NCBI GenBank assembly: GCA_964582455.1
Contig: CAZORD010000001.1
Coordinates: forward strand, 9,693-73,692
Source: an uncultured bacterium
Lineage (GTDB): Bacteria; Fidelibacterota; Marinisomatia; Marinisomatales; TCS55
Length of the DNA: 64,000 nucleotides
Reading direction: 5' to 3'
Both the position numbers and the translations under genes were made by a program. Positions 26,516 through 38,400 of the stretch are shown in pieces (positions within the stretch are counted from its first letter, which is position 1; the number at the start of each line of letters is the position of its first letter). Below the pieces are notes generated by a model. That model searched no databases. It was not told where the DNA came from and was given only the letters and a program-made list of their open reading frames with translations.

Positions 26516-29500
26516 TTATAATTCAGTTACAAGTCCGGCAAACAATTCATCTGCTTTAAAACCAAAACGCTGGAAAAATTCTGTTTTCATAAAACCAACT
26601 GTTAAGTGTGTAGCTCCTGATTTTTTAATTCGTTGCATCATTTCTTTCATCAGCAGATCACCCAGGCCACTCCTGGCATATTTTTTATGAACAGCTATTT
26701 TTTCAAGGTGGGCTGTATGATCATCAATCATTTTCCAGAATACTCCGCCAGCTTGAGTTTTATTAGCTGTAAACATAATGAGGAAATCATGTTCTTCACC
26801 GAATCGAGCTGGTAGATCGTAAGAGAGTAATAGATCATGAAAATTGGCAATCTCTTTGGGTTTGAAAGGTGGTCTGATGGTAAAAACCTTGCCATCTTTA
26901 TTAGTTACATTAACAGCAAGATCCAGCTTTCTTTGTCCTGTTGCACTGGTGATTAATTCAGCATAATCTGTTGAGCCTATATGCTGATATATTAATCTCG
27001 TGAGGAAATAAGCATCTTCAAATGAGCATTCCGGGCCATTTGCAAGGGCATGTATATGGCTTTCTAATGCTGAGGTTGTGATTTCATGATTATGCAATTG
27101 GGCTGAAAGTTCAAAAAGTCTTTGGGCAATTAAAGATTCATGGTCTACAAAACAGGTGAGCAAAAAGTAGCGCAGCCGTACCTCTGGATGGTGTGTATAA
27201 ATAGTATCCAGCCTATAATCATTATACAATTCCTGTAAAATATCACACCGTGCTTCAATGGTAGCTTTGGGGTTCAAATCCATCCACCGTTGAAATCTCA
27301 ATGCAGCAAAGATAACCGGTTTGGGTATATAGCCATACGCTTTTACTTCTGATATATATTCTAGTATTTGTGCATGAGTTAATCCGGGAGTATCTTTAGT
27401 TTCCACCTCATTCGCGATTTGATTCAATATTTCTAATCCTTCTTCTTTTCCTGCAGCTTGCAAAATACATGTAAATACGATTTCCCAATTGAGTACATGA
27501 GTCAAGCCGGAGAATTTCTCTTCAGTGGCTATGATTAATTCGTTATAAAGGGTAATAATGAAAGCCAGGTTAGATTTTACAGGATCTTGGAAAAATGAAT
27601 GGTTGATACGCACATTCGTCGCATTATCGTATTCAGATATAATGACATTTGTCATTACAGGATTTGTTATTGAATATTGAAAATGGGTAAGTGCCCAATG
27701 GTTGATATATCCCTGGAGTCCGCTCCAGCCAAAATGCAGCCAGCGCATATCCCAGCGATCACGAAGTTTTGGATTATTCAATTCGTGCTCATGCAACCGT
27801 AAGTATGAGTCAACATTCGCCCTGGTATCGTAATCAGAAACGATGATCCCTGAATCCGGATAAGCACAAAGAAAATCATTCGTTACCCTCAGAGTATTTA
27901 AACCGGTGCTTTTTACAATTTGCCAATCACTCATTTGATTTATATCATCCGCATTGGCTTCTGGTAGATGGTATAAAATAAAATTATAGGCATTGCCATC
28001 CCTCATGGTTGTAAGGATACGGTATTGATTGATTGGCATATTTGTTTTTATGGGTGTGATCCAAATTCCTTTTTTTTGGATATGTTCCAAATGCAGCAGC
28101 TTATAGCCAGAGAGGATAAAAATAGCTTCGCGGGCTATGGGAATAGACTGAATTTTTTTTAGGATGTATGCTTGTTCATCTCGATCAATCACTGTATCGA
28201 ATTCCAAAATGTCCGGCCAGGAATATTCCTGGCCTGTTTCAGGATCAACACTCATGACATCCACTTCTCCGATCATTTCTTTGAATTGTTTAGTCATCGA
28301 TAAAATACAATTAGCTGCAGTTTGGCTTAATGCTTCAGTATTTGAAAGTAATTTCCAGCAGGTCAATTCATTTCTAATGAGCGTGTATTGAGCAGGATGT
28401 AAATGAGCCAGGGATACGGCTATGTTCATTAACTTCCGTATGTAAACATGATCAGAGCTTGTTGTTGCTGGTTGGGATCTATAGTTTCTTAATTCATCAA
28501 TTATATCTTCAACATGATGTACTTTCAATTGTGATTCATCTATAGAGAATGAACGCAGTTTTTTATCGTGTTGGTGTCGTTCGAAAAGCAACTTTAATGA
28601 AAAAATAAATTGGTCTTTTTGTAGATTAGGAATTAAAGTATTAAAAATTGCACGGCTGAATTTCAATTCAGCATCATCCAGCATATTTATCAACAACCCA
28701 ATACCAATCTTTTTTAATTCAATATCTTTTTGTTCAAAAACTTGTTTAAAGATATCTAACCCGGTTTTTTGATCTTGAATCAGAAGTATTGTACCTGTAT
28801 GGAGATCTTCGATAGAGGCAGATCCGTTTAATTCCGGATGGAAGTTATCTGATAATACAGGTTGCGAAGATTTACGCGATTGTATTTTAATATCACTTGA
28901 TTGTTTATAATGAATTAATTGAAAGACAACTTCACCAAAAAAAATGACTAAAGAACTGTTGCCCAGCCATAAACCGGGGTCCAATAATAAATTTTCCAGG
29001 ATTAGATTATCATTGCTTACTGTGTATTCAAATTTACCCAATATTAATGTGTCATCACGCCATTGACACCTGCATTTACGATTGAGACTCTCAATAGTCA
29101 AATAACGGCCGCTCCAGGAAATATCATGAGCCACAATATTCATTTCTTTAAGGAGCCAGTTTGGGAATGACAGCACCTTTCCTTTGGACTCAATATTCAC
29201 CTGGTTTGGTGCATACATGGGTTCAATTATATCTGCCCAATTTGCCAATATGTTTTTTCGTTTGAATGTACCTTTTTGGGTGAGTTCATCATGGTCAACA
29301 CTGAAATTCCTGGGGATAACAGCAAAATTGATAATACGTTCAAAAGGCGCAAGAAATCCATTTACTGATTGGATTAAAGCACTAATAGCAGATCTGATTT
29401 TTAACGATTCTCTTCCTGGAATATGAGCATTCAAATATTCTTCATCCAGATAGATTAATACTGTATTAAAATTCTTATTATCCCCAACAAGAAAGGCTGT

Positions 29501-31042
29501 ATGTATGGCATCAAATTCAGAAAGCATATTCTCGATTTTTTGCGGTGTAAGGGTTTGTCCGGCAGCGTTTTTGTAAATTTCTTTTTTGCGGTCTTTAATG
29601 TAATAATGACCGTCCTGTTCATGAAAAATATCCCCGGTATGAAACCAGCCGCTGTCAGTACTTGGTATGAGTGGATCAGCGTAATAATGTGCTGATATAT
29701 ACGGTCCCTTTAATAATAATTCACCGTCTTCCGATATACGTAAATCAATACCGGGAAGTTTTTGTCCGACTGAATCCACTGTATATTCATCAGGTGATGT
29801 CATGGTAATACCGCCAGTGGCTTCGGTCATTCCGTATCCGCTTAATAAATGTACATCATTGCTTTGGAAGAATTGAAAAATATCCGGATCCAGGTACCCG
29901 GCAGCAGATAATCCCCATTTTAATTTTCCACCGGTTACTTTCTTAATTGCTTTTCGAACGATGCGGTCATCATCTAAATGATCTTCAGCTAATGATTGTA
30001 TGGTTTCGTATAATTGCGACCAACGTTTTGGTACGCTAATGAAGACCGATGGTTTTATGGTTATAAAGTTTTTTCGCAAGGTGTCATAAGATGAATCTTC
30101 CGCAAAAGCATAAGCAGCGCCCCAAAAAATACTGCCTTGTAATTCCAGGAAACGCCCAAAGGTATGGTATAGGGGGAGATATGATAAAAAAGTATCATCT
30201 GAGCCCAATTTTGATAATGCAAGTGCACGGGCAAACCGCTTTATGATCATATTGCGCTGTGTGAATGTGATACCTTTTGGTTCGCCGGTTGTACCGGAAG
30301 TATACATAATGGTGGCAACGTCCTCCATTTGCACTCGGCTGATGCGCTTTAATACCTCAAGAGGATCTGAATTATGACTTTGTTTAATGAAGTGCTGCCA
30401 TCCTTTTTTGTTCAGATTGATTATCGTAACATGTGAATGAAGAATATCATGCAATTCATTATTTAGATCATTATGTATAAACAAATGAGTAATTCCACTA
30501 TGGTTAATAATATAATCAATATCTTTTTTGGCAGCGTTAGCCGGTATAGGTACAACTTGAAAATGGAAAGATAAACAAGTTAAATCAATGATTGCACCCC
30601 GGAGGCAATTAGGCGTAAGAATACCTACCCGGATTTCATCATTGTATGATTTTTCAATAGCTGTCAGGGCACCAGCTGTTTGTAATATTTCCTCCCAAAT
30701 GTTTTCATATGTATAACTGGTGAGTTTGCCATCTTGTAATTCATGAAAAAGTTTTTTGTGCTTATATCTTCGAGAACGGTTATAAAAAAGATGACCAAAA
30801 GAATATTGGGATTTGTCAATCAGCTTAATTAATAAATCCAGCCATGTATCAACAAGATTATTTTCGGCCAAAATATTATTAACAGATGATATGTGGCCCA
30901 AGTCCAAGAAGGTATGGATTGCTTTACGTTCAGTTTTTTCCTCCAGGAGCTGCCGAGCAATCAATAATAATTCTTCGATATCTACAACATTATTTTCTGC
31001 TTGTATAATGTGTTGTTGGATTGCTTCGCGTCTCAAATCCAT
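26516..31042 (-). CDS. Long-chain acyl-CoA synthetase-like AMP-binding protein fused to an unknown domain and a C-terminal GNAT
   Basis: YTSGTTGEPKG, GYGMTE, WFHTGD, DRKKEI, TQKGTFKR; C-terminal LEKIAVHKKYARSGLGDLLM...FFQRFGF. Confidence 0.8.
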   Translation of the reverse strand: MDLRREAIQQHIIQAENNVVDIEELLLIARQLLEEKTERKAIHTFLDLGHISSVNNILAENNLVDTWLDLLIKLIDKSQYSFGHLFYNRSRRYKHKKLFHELQDGKLTSYTYENIWEEILQTAGALTAIEKSYNDEIRVGILTPNCLRGAIIDLTCLSFHFQVVPIPANAAKKDIDYIINHSGITHLFIHNDLNNELHDILHSHVTIINLNKKGWQHFIKQSHNSDPLEVLKRISRVQMEDVATIMYTSGTTGEPKGITFTQRNMIIKRFARALALSKLGSDDTFLSYLPLYHTFGRFLELQGSIFWGAAYAFAEDSSYDTLRKNFITIKPSVFISVPKRWSQLYETIQSLAEDHLDDDRIVRKAIKKVTGGKLKWGLSAAGYLDPDIFQFFQSNDVHLLSGYGMTEATGGITMTSPDEYTVDSVGQKLPGIDLRISEDGELLLKGPYISAHYYADPLIPSTDSGWFHTGDIFHEQDGHYYIKDRKKEIYKNAAGQTLTPQKIENMLSEFDAIHTAFLVGDNKNFNTVLIYLDEEYLNAHIPGRESLKIRSAISALIQSVNGFLAPFERIINFAVIPRNFSVDHDELTQKGTFKRKNILANWADIIEPMYAPNQVNIESKGKVLSFPNWLLKEMNIVAHDISWSGRYLTIESLNRKCRCQWRDDTLILGKFEYTVSNDNLILENLLLDPGLWLGNSSLVIFFGEVVFQLIHYKQSSDIKIQSRKSSQPVLSDNFHPELNGSASIEDLHTGTILLIQDQKTGLDIFKQVFEQKDIELKKIGIGLLINMLDDAELKFSRAIFNTLIPNLQKDQFIFSLKLLFERHQHDKKLRSFSIDESQLKVHHVEDIIDELRNYRSQPATTSSDHVYIRKLMNIAVSLAHLHPAQYTLIRNELTCWKLLSNTEALSQTAANCILSMTKQFKEMIGEVDVMSVDPETGQEYSWPDILEFDTVIDRDEQAYILKKIQSIPIAREAIFILSGYKLLHLEHIQKKGIWITPIKTNMPINQYRILTTMRDGNAYNFILYHLPEANADDINQMSDWQIVKSTGLNTLRVTNDFLCAYPDSGIIVSDYDTRANVDSYLRLHEHELNNPKLRDRWDMRWLHFGWSGLQGYINHWALTHFQYSITNPVMTNVIISEYDNATNVRINHSFFQDPVKSNLAFIITLYNELIIATEEKFSGLTHVLNWEIVFTCILQAAGKEEGLEILNQIANEVETKDTPGLTHAQILEYISEVKAYGYIPKPVIFAALRFQRWMDLNPKATIEARCDILQELYNDYRLDTIYTHHPEVRLRYFLLTCFVDHESLIAQRLFELSAQLHNHEITTSALESHIHALANGPECSFEDAYFLTRLIYQHIGSTDYAELITSATGQRKLDLAVNVTNKDGKVFTIRPPFKPKEIANFHDLLLSYDLPARFGEEHDFLIMFTANKTQAGGVFWKMIDDHTAHLEKIAVHKKYARSGLGDLLMKEMMQRIKKSGATHLTVGFMKTEFFQRFGFKADELFAGLVTEL

Positions 31043-31090
31043 ATTGAAAATTACAGTGTTTATGTTGTTTCAGAATGAATGAATTGTAAT

Positions 31091-31120
31091 AAAAAAGGCC
31101 TTCGTAAGAAGGCCTTTTTA
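31091..31120 (-). terminator. Intrinsic terminator of the TBDR/PorV-like operon
   Basis: aaaaaa-ggccttc-gtaa-gaaggcc-ttttt. Confidence 0.88.
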
Positions 31121-31135
31121 ATAAAGATTTTATAT

Positions 31136-32227
31136 TTAAAATCCGATGGATAAAGTGGTTCTATGCACATCTCCAAGCAATCCCAGATTAGATAAGGAAT
31201 AGTCGACCCGGAGTTTCACAGGAACAAAAGATATTTTTTCTGTGTCAATGCCAAAACCATATGTCATATTTTGAACGTAATCAAATCCATCTTCGCTATC
31301 TATAGCATCTTGAAAATCTTGATCTGTTGATTCATCACTTAAATCATCGCTGAACTGCATGAACTTAAATTGCAGGCCGGAACGGATATAAAAGACATCC
31401 ATTATTTTTGCTTCAAAGCCGAGGATATAATAAGGATTATAATCACGAGGATCAAAATATTCCCAATTAACAGTAACTTCTGTCATATCCTGCTTTATGA
31501 ATCCATTTTTTCCCACCGGTGTCATTGATAAACCGAAACGAAAAGCCATGGGAATTGACCAATCATTTGTGTTTAAATGAGCTATCACATCCGGGTTGGC
31601 GTCCAAGTCTTCGTAAGCATCAACATCTACTTTGTTATCTGTCCCATAGAGGCGCATTTTTGTACCAAAATTTGAAACAGCCATACCGATTCGTAAACCA
31701 TAAAAGTTGGTGATATACTGTGAACCAGCATCAACAGCAAACGCAGTAGCGGATGAAAAGGAAATTGTTTCCCTGATTAATTTAACCTGCATGCCAACGG
31801 CAAAACGGTCACTTATTTTTGTACCATAGCCAACGCCAATGGCAAAATCACTGGCATTAAAAGTACCCTCGCCATCAGGAGCGAGCTCTGTGGTTTTTAT
31901 CATTTCGCCCATGTCAAAATACACCAGGCTTAAGCCAAAGGTACCTCTTCCGGCTGGAATTGCAGCGGCAAGAAAACTGTGTTTCATATCTGCAATCCAG
32001 TTAAATGAACTGAATACGACTTGTGGGGAAGTTATATGGGCTATACCAGATGGATTCCAATACAAGGCGGATGCGTCCGCAACTTGTGCAGAATATGCGC
32101 CGCCCATTCCTTCAGCACGGCTACCCACTCCTATTTTGAGGAAGTTTGCCGCTGAAGTACCGACATTGTCAAATTGAGCACTGGCTATTCCAACCAGCAG
32201 GGTGGATGTAAGTAATATTTTCTTCAT
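31136..32227 (-). CDS. PorV/PorQ-family outer-membrane beta-barrel
   Basis: AANFLKIGVGSRAEGMGGA...ALYWNPSG; C-terminal LSIGF. Confidence 0.85.
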   Translation of the reverse strand: MKKILLTSTLLVGIASAQFDNVGTSAANFLKIGVGSRAEGMGGAYSAQVADASALYWNPSGIAHITSPQVVFSSFNWIADMKHSFLAAAIPAGRGTFGLSLVYFDMGEMIKTTELAPDGEGTFNASDFAIGVGYGTKISDRFAVGMQVKLIRETISFSSATAFAVDAGSQYITNFYGLRIGMAVSNFGTKMRLYGTDNKVDVDAYEDLDANPDVIAHLNTNDWSIPMAFRFGLSMTPVGKNGFIKQDMTEVTVNWEYFDPRDYNPYYILGFEAKIMDVFYIRSGLQFKFMQFSDDLSDESTDQDFQDAIDSEDGFDYVQNMTYGFGIDTEKISFVPVKLRVDYSLSNLGLLGDVHRTTLSIGF

Positions 32228-35200
32228 TTTATCACCGCGAATTTGCTTACGAATTCTTTTTCATCTGAAATAACATGAAAGATATAAACCCCGAATGCAA
32301 TCTCCTGGATATTGTAGGTCTGCAGATTCCATGCTTCAATGTTGGGCCCGCGCCAGCCATCGCTGCTTTCATCATGCTTTAAAATCTGAACCATTTCACC
32401 AGCAGTATTATAGATTCGAATCACACATTTTTCAGGCAGGTTATGAAACTGTAATTCCCGCTCAAAAGAAACTGATTCAAACGCTGAAGTTGCTTTATAA
32501 GGATTGGGTACTACAAGAATGTTTTCCAAATCATCTTTGCTGCTCAGTTCATAATCATCAGCCACAGTTGTAATCGTATAGACGTCTGCGCCAGGCAGCA
32601 GTGGATTCTGGAAGGATATTGTGAAAACATTTCCACTTTCAAATAATGTACTACTCTTATTGAAATACATCATCCAGCCAAATAGTCCAGCATCTGCCGC
32701 ATAATCAAATGATTGTAAATGCGTTATATCAGCATTATAATCTTCATAGATGGGCATGATGTATACAGTTTTCGTGAATTCATAAACCAACGGATCATCA
32801 TCCGTTGGTTCTATGATGGGCTTGCTCCCAGCAGCCTGGTAAATCAAACAGCCAAGCTGTTTATTTTCTTCAGTTGACCACAAGGAGAAAGGAATGTCAA
32901 TCGTATCTACTGTAGTTAGTGTTGAATTAAAATAACAAGCTATAGAACTTTCGCCAAAACGAAATTCCAGGTCTCGTTGTAATTCAGTCACAGCAGGCTT
33001 GCTTTCCGGCTGGTTTACAGGAAGATTTTCTAAAAATCCGGCAAATGTACCATCATTTGATCCGGGATTTAGTCCACCAAAAACAATAGCAGTACTTGTA
33101 TCGGCATCTGTTGTTGTTTCTGCAGTAGAATAACTACTGACTCTCCAACTGGCGTTAGCAAATAGTGGAACAAAACCATCAATCACGTGGGTTAAGATAC
33201 CAGCGCTGATATCGGATGTATCCATAGCGACAACTGTTACATTATCAGTTTGATCAAACACCATCCAATAGTTTGACACAATGGTATCTATTATGGTATA
33301 GCTACTGTCACCGGTGACCTCTGTTATATCATACAGAACTGTATCACCAAATGTTACAGCATATGAATGTCCTTTACTTGTAAAGTCATCCGGAGTGACT
33401 TCAAGGCCAAGAAATTCCAGGGTAGATGGAACAGCTGTCACTGCTTCTAAAGTTGCATCAGATTCACCAGTATGGGTAACGCTAAAACTACCTGCGTCAT
33501 ATCCTGCTGCTTCCTTTTGAGGGATAGCAGCAATGGTATTATCCACATCACTGGCATAGGCATTTTTCGATCTGGAATTTTCTAAAGGGTCTACGACAGA
33601 TCCGGCCCAATCATCAGGACCATCATACGCAGTAACCGCATACCAGTATTCATAACCATTCACGACGTTATTATCAACGTAGGAGTATTGTAATCCTCCA
33701 TCCGTACCAAGATTATAGTAAATCAGTGGATCCGTCATGGCAAAAGAACCTGTAAGGCCATCAGTTATATCATAAATAGCGAGTGGTTGATACACATCTG
33801 TTGGGTCGCCGTTAAGGTCAGTAACGACATTGCCCCAACTAAGTCCACGGTCATGACTGCGATAAACCCTATAGCCTTGAAATGCATTATTTAAAGTTAC
33901 AGGGTCAACAGATACTTCACTGCGGTCGTCCCAAAATACTGTCACCTGTTCATCATCTTCTATAACTTGTACCAACGGTGGATCAGGCGGTTTTGGAGTG
34001 GAGCAATTATTATCATATAGCGATTGAAATAATTTTGCATTACGGGTCAGGTCGGTTTCGTTGATGCCTACAAAATCTGCGAATGTGAAAATGACCTGTT
34101 CTCCTGGAGCAACATCAAATGGTCCAGCAGCGATCACCCAAGTTATATCCGGTCCATAAGAATACGGTTTCTGATATATGTCGAATTCATTGGGCGTAAT
34201 ATTTTGGGGTGTTTGTATGCCATGTGTCATTTGTTCGTTATAAGCCTGTGCGTCACTTTGGGCGTCCATGCTGTATTCATATGTGTAAAAAGTGGAAACA
34301 TCATAACTGGAGTCCGTTCCATCATTATTGAATTTTGTGCATTCGAGGAATTTGAGTCCTACCCAGCCAATACCAGATGATTTAAATCCATCCGAGTTAT
34401 CATCATTGTCATACACCAGGGCAAAGTTGGAAAGCAGGTGGGCATCAGTCGTGTCCACAAGTTTTTCAGCAATCAGCGGATCATTCTTTGGAATGAATAG
34501 TGCCATATCATCAGTCCATTCGGCACCGCCTTGTTCCGGAGCATCTGGATCGCCAGCAGTACCAACATAAGCATCTTTTATAGTGTCTTTTCCCACATTG
34601 GTCATTTGCTGGATGAAGATTAAACCATCATTTCCGAAAGAAAGCGAGTAATTCAAAACCCACACATCAAAACGGACGTTCAAGGGTCCAACGCCATTAT
34701 TACTGGCAAAGGTATTCCCTTCAGTAGGATCATTATCTGTTACGACAAAATAGGCTTCACGCTCGGCTTGAACACCAATACCGCAAGGTGCATCGGGAAA
34801 GCCACTTGGGCCAAGTTCCGGCTCAACTCCTGGGAAATAAAGTGTATCTTTATTTCCTTCAAGATCATAGATAACGGATTCAAATGTTCCTGTAGGATCT
34901 ATTTCCCGCGGCCATGCAGCCGGCCAGGATTCAGGCATATCACTAAATGCTATTCCCAGGTTGGCTTCTGAATCAACTGTACCGGCATCATAACCCGGTA
35001 ATGGTTCAAATTCTTCCTCGTGGTCACGAACAGAACCACGGACACCCACCGCAACAGATGGTTCACCATTGATGAGTCCACCTACCATGGGGGAAGCAGT
35101 CCAGTAGTACGTACAGCAGCCGTCCTTGAGCATACTGCCGGCCGGGAATTCATGGCACAACCCCCAGCGGTCATAACCATAGATAGCCGCGTTGGATAAA

Positions 35201-35403
35201 CGTAAAACCATATTCCCTTTATCCAGCACACTGCGTTTTCGATCATCATAAGATGAAATCTTCGAAAGTCTATCAGGTAGTAGTTTCTTGCCATACTTTG
35301 GAGCAATCACCTGGTTATAATAATCATATTTTGAAAGGCCTGACCCTTCACCACTATAAAGAAAACAAAAGCTGAACAGGCTAATAATAATTGTCTTTTT
35401 CAT
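32224..35403 (-). CDS. Large secreted acidic protein with FN3-like domain and T9SS-like CTD
   Basis: Signal peptide; FQGYRVYRS...YWYAVTAYD; ILVVPNPY...IRIYNTAG...GVYIFHV...KFAVIK. Confidence 0.8.
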   Translation of the reverse strand: MKKTIIISLFSFCFLYSGEGSGLSKYDYYNQVIAPKYGKKLLPDRLSKISSYDDRKRSVLDKGNMVLRLSNAAIYGYDRWGLCHEFPAGSMLKDGCCTYYWTASPMVGGLINGEPSVAVGVRGSVRDHEEEFEPLPGYDAGTVDSEANLGIAFSDMPESWPAAWPREIDPTGTFESVIYDLEGNKDTLYFPGVEPELGPSGFPDAPCGIGVQAEREAYFVVTDNDPTEGNTFASNNGVGPLNVRFDVWVLNYSLSFGNDGLIFIQQMTNVGKDTIKDAYVGTAGDPDAPEQGGAEWTDDMALFIPKNDPLIAEKLVDTTDAHLLSNFALVYDNDDNSDGFKSSGIGWVGLKFLECTKFNNDGTDSSYDVSTFYTYEYSMDAQSDAQAYNEQMTHGIQTPQNITPNEFDIYQKPYSYGPDITWVIAAGPFDVAPGEQVIFTFADFVGINETDLTRNAKLFQSLYDNNCSTPKPPDPPLVQVIEDDEQVTVFWDDRSEVSVDPVTLNNAFQGYRVYRSHDRGLSWGNVVTDLNGDPTDVYQPLAIYDITDGLTGSFAMTDPLIYYNLGTDGGLQYSYVDNNVVNGYEYWYAVTAYDGPDDWAGSVVDPLENSRSKNAYASDVDNTIAAIPQKEAAGYDAGSFSVTHTGESDATLEAVTAVPSTLEFLGLEVTPDDFTSKGHSYAVTFGDTVLYDITEVTGDSSYTIIDTIVSNYWMVFDQTDNVTVVAMDTSDISAGILTHVIDGFVPLFANASWRVSSYSTAETTTDADTSTAIVFGGLNPGSNDGTFAGFLENLPVNQPESKPAVTELQRDLEFRFGESSIACYFNSTLTTVDTIDIPFSLWSTEENKQLGCLIYQAAGSKPIIEPTDDDPLVYEFTKTVYIMPIYEDYNADITHLQSFDYAADAGLFGWMMYFNKSSTLFESGNVFTISFQNPLLPGADVYTITTVADDYELSSKDDLENILVVPNPYKATSAFESVSFERELQFHNLPEKCVIRIYNTAGEMVQILKHDESSDGWRGPNIEAWNLQTYNIQEIAFGVYIFHVISDEKEFVSKFAVIK

Positions 35404-35405
35404 CT

Positions 35406-38400
35406 TTACCTCAATCCTACACTAATACCAAGTTCAATGTGCCGCGGGGCGCCATAATAATAGGGTCGAAAAATATACATAGGTGAATTATTAGGATTCA
35501 AACTTTCATCCGGTTGACCGGTATTATTAAACACATTCGCAATATTATTTTTATCAAACAAATTGGTTATGTCGAGATAGAAACGGACTTGGGCCATATT
35601 TTGTATTTTCAAGTCATAGTATGCTTTGGCATCAAATATGGCTGTGTAGGGCATACGACCGGAGTTTTCATCATCAATATACCTGCCCCGGGCATCCGTT
35701 GGAGTGTAAGGCAAGCCGCTGCCCATATTACCCAATACATTTAAACCAAATCCTTTGGGATGTTGGTAATCAAAACGCACATTTAATGTATGGGGTTGGT
35801 CCCAGGCCATGGTTACAGTCCTGTGAACAGGGTGTGTTCCATATACGGATGAGAGATATGCTGCATACCAGTTGGACGTTTCATTGTTTGTATTGCCTTC
35901 AGCTCGGGAATAAGAATAGAAAACTTCCCAGCTGAAATTCTGGGAAAACAGTTTTCTTAAACCTAACTCAAACCCTTTGGAATTCGCATAGTCCATATTC
36001 TCATAAATAGCGTATTCTGTGGGGTCAGCATCATATATATTTGCTGATATATAATCATGCCGGTCGTTGTAAAATAATGTCAATGTCATCAAGTATTCCG
36101 GCGTAAGCATGGTGCGCAGTCCAAATTCATATTGGATGGCCCGCTCCGGTTTAATATTGGGTGAACCCACAGGGGGGATGTACCAGTCACCCAGGTTAAA
36201 GGGGAAGGGATACATCGAATTGCCGGTTAGATTGAAAATATTATTTGGATTCGAAGTTGAATTTAAACCAGTCAAACCAGATGGTACACCTTCTCCACCA
36301 ATTCCACCTGAGTTCGTATAGTCATACATATTATCATAATCAGGATATTTGAAAAAATGACCATAGGAGAAATGGAAAGCAGTATTTTCTGTAACTGGAT
36401 AACCCATGCCTATCCGCGGGCTCCACTGTGCTTTTACAGTTGCTTTATCCGGCTGGCTGAATGAGCCGTCTTCTTCAATATAACCCCATTCAACGGCTCC
36501 TGCAGCAAATGCGTCGAAGTCGATGGAATTCAAGTCACTTGTTTCAAGAACTTGGCCATCATATCTATATCCGATATTTTTAGTAGGATCGGCATATTCA
36601 CTTTTCGGATCCAGTATATCATAACGCAGACCAATATTGATAACCAGGTCACTAAATTCCATCTTATCCCGAATATAGAACGACGATTCAACCGGTTCTT
36701 TTTCCCAGAGGATAAACGAGGCATCGGAACTATTGCCGTAATATCCCCCGCCAATCCAAGAAGCAGAAAAATTGAATAATTTGTGAGTCTTTTGGGAATA
36801 GCCTGTTTTGACTTGGTGGATCTTATTTACTTGCCAGGTTAAGGCGCCTTCCAACTGCTTTGTTTCAGAATAATCATTATAATAGCTGGGATAGGTTGAA
36901 TAGCCCATGCGGATTGTATCGCCAGAATTATTAACAATAGGATAGCTGCCGTAGAATTCATAATTGGAGGTATTATCATATGCATCGCCTTCCCTTAAAG
37001 GCAGGAAAACACCCCAGCTGTATTTACCATCGTTGTTCAAGTCTGCATAATCGTCACCTTCTGTGAATGCTCCATCTTCGTCATTATCATTATAGGGTTC
37101 TGCATAATAGCTAAGCCAAGTGAATTCAGAACCAGGGTCTAATATTGATTTATCCCAATCATCTGGAATTATATATATATCAGAGTATAATTCATGATTA
37201 TCTTTCAGGAATTTTTCACCAGGAACTTTTGGTCCTGTCCAGTTGTCCAACCTGTTTTTTGAATAGGATAATGTGACAAACATATTTTCAGAGAATGTAT
37301 AGTTCAGCCTGCCGTAGATGAGTTTGCTCTCCTGCCAACTGACTGCACCGCGCTCCGGGAGTTGACGGTAGCTCATGCTGAAACCGCGGCCCTCATAATT
37401 ATGGATATTGGTTCCCAGTGTTATTTTCAGGTTATTAATAGGACGCAGAACCAGCTTGCCCATGAGCCTGTCTGTCCAATTGTAAGTTCCAGTTATTTCT
37501 TTGGCGCCTTTTTTGAGCGGTTCGGCAATACCATCGCCATCTATATCTGCAAGGGCGTACACGTCTCCATTGCGTATACCATCGCCATTGTCATCGGTGA
37601 AATCTTCGCCAACATCGTATACACTGTTAGCAGCATCTGTCCATGATTCAGCTGCTGAAACTAAATTTCCAGATGTGTCGTATACAGCATGATCCCAGTA
37701 ACCATTATTGTTGGCGTCGTTAAATCCTTCGCCAACATCGTATACACCGTTGGCAGCATCTGTCCATGATTCGCCTGCATCGTAAACACCATCGCCATCT
37801 TCATCCACTTTTAATATAGCCCAGGGCAGAATATTGTTTTTCAACCGGCCATCCGTACGTTTACGGTCTGCAGAAATAAAAAATGTTGCCAGATTGGGCA
37901 TGGTGGGGATGATAGGTCCGCTGGCCGTGCCTTCGATCCGGCCGGTATTCCAATTGTTTTTTTCACCGAATTGGTCTGTCGAGGTTCTAAAACTCAAATC
38001 ATAATCAGCGCCGCCTTCCCGGGTAATGATATTGATAATGCCGCTCATGGCTTGGCCGTATTCAGCATCGAATGATCCAGTTATAATTGATAATTCAGAA
38101 ATACCGCCGCGGGCCACATCGGTGGCCATGCCGCCGTTAATAATATCTTTTACGTAAAAACCATCGACAAGGTAGGCTGTTTCGCCGGAGCGACCGCCGC
38201 GAACATGGATACCGTCATCACCGCCGCCGTTATCATTTTCAATTACACCGGCAACATTATCAATAATATCCGCATAGGAATTAATGGGCATATTTTTAAA
38301 ATCTTCTTCTTCGATCGTGACGGTCGTGGCTGTTTGATCCCGGACGATGACAGGGCGTTCTGCTTCCACGATTACTTCTTCACCTTCCACAGCAGAGATT

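Noticed and set aside
37500-37810. TBDR repeat considered as a CRISPR array, DGR template or dockerin
   Set aside because: Only two in-frame coding copies, no cas or RT gene, mismatches too few to show a pattern, and no dockerin helix spacing.
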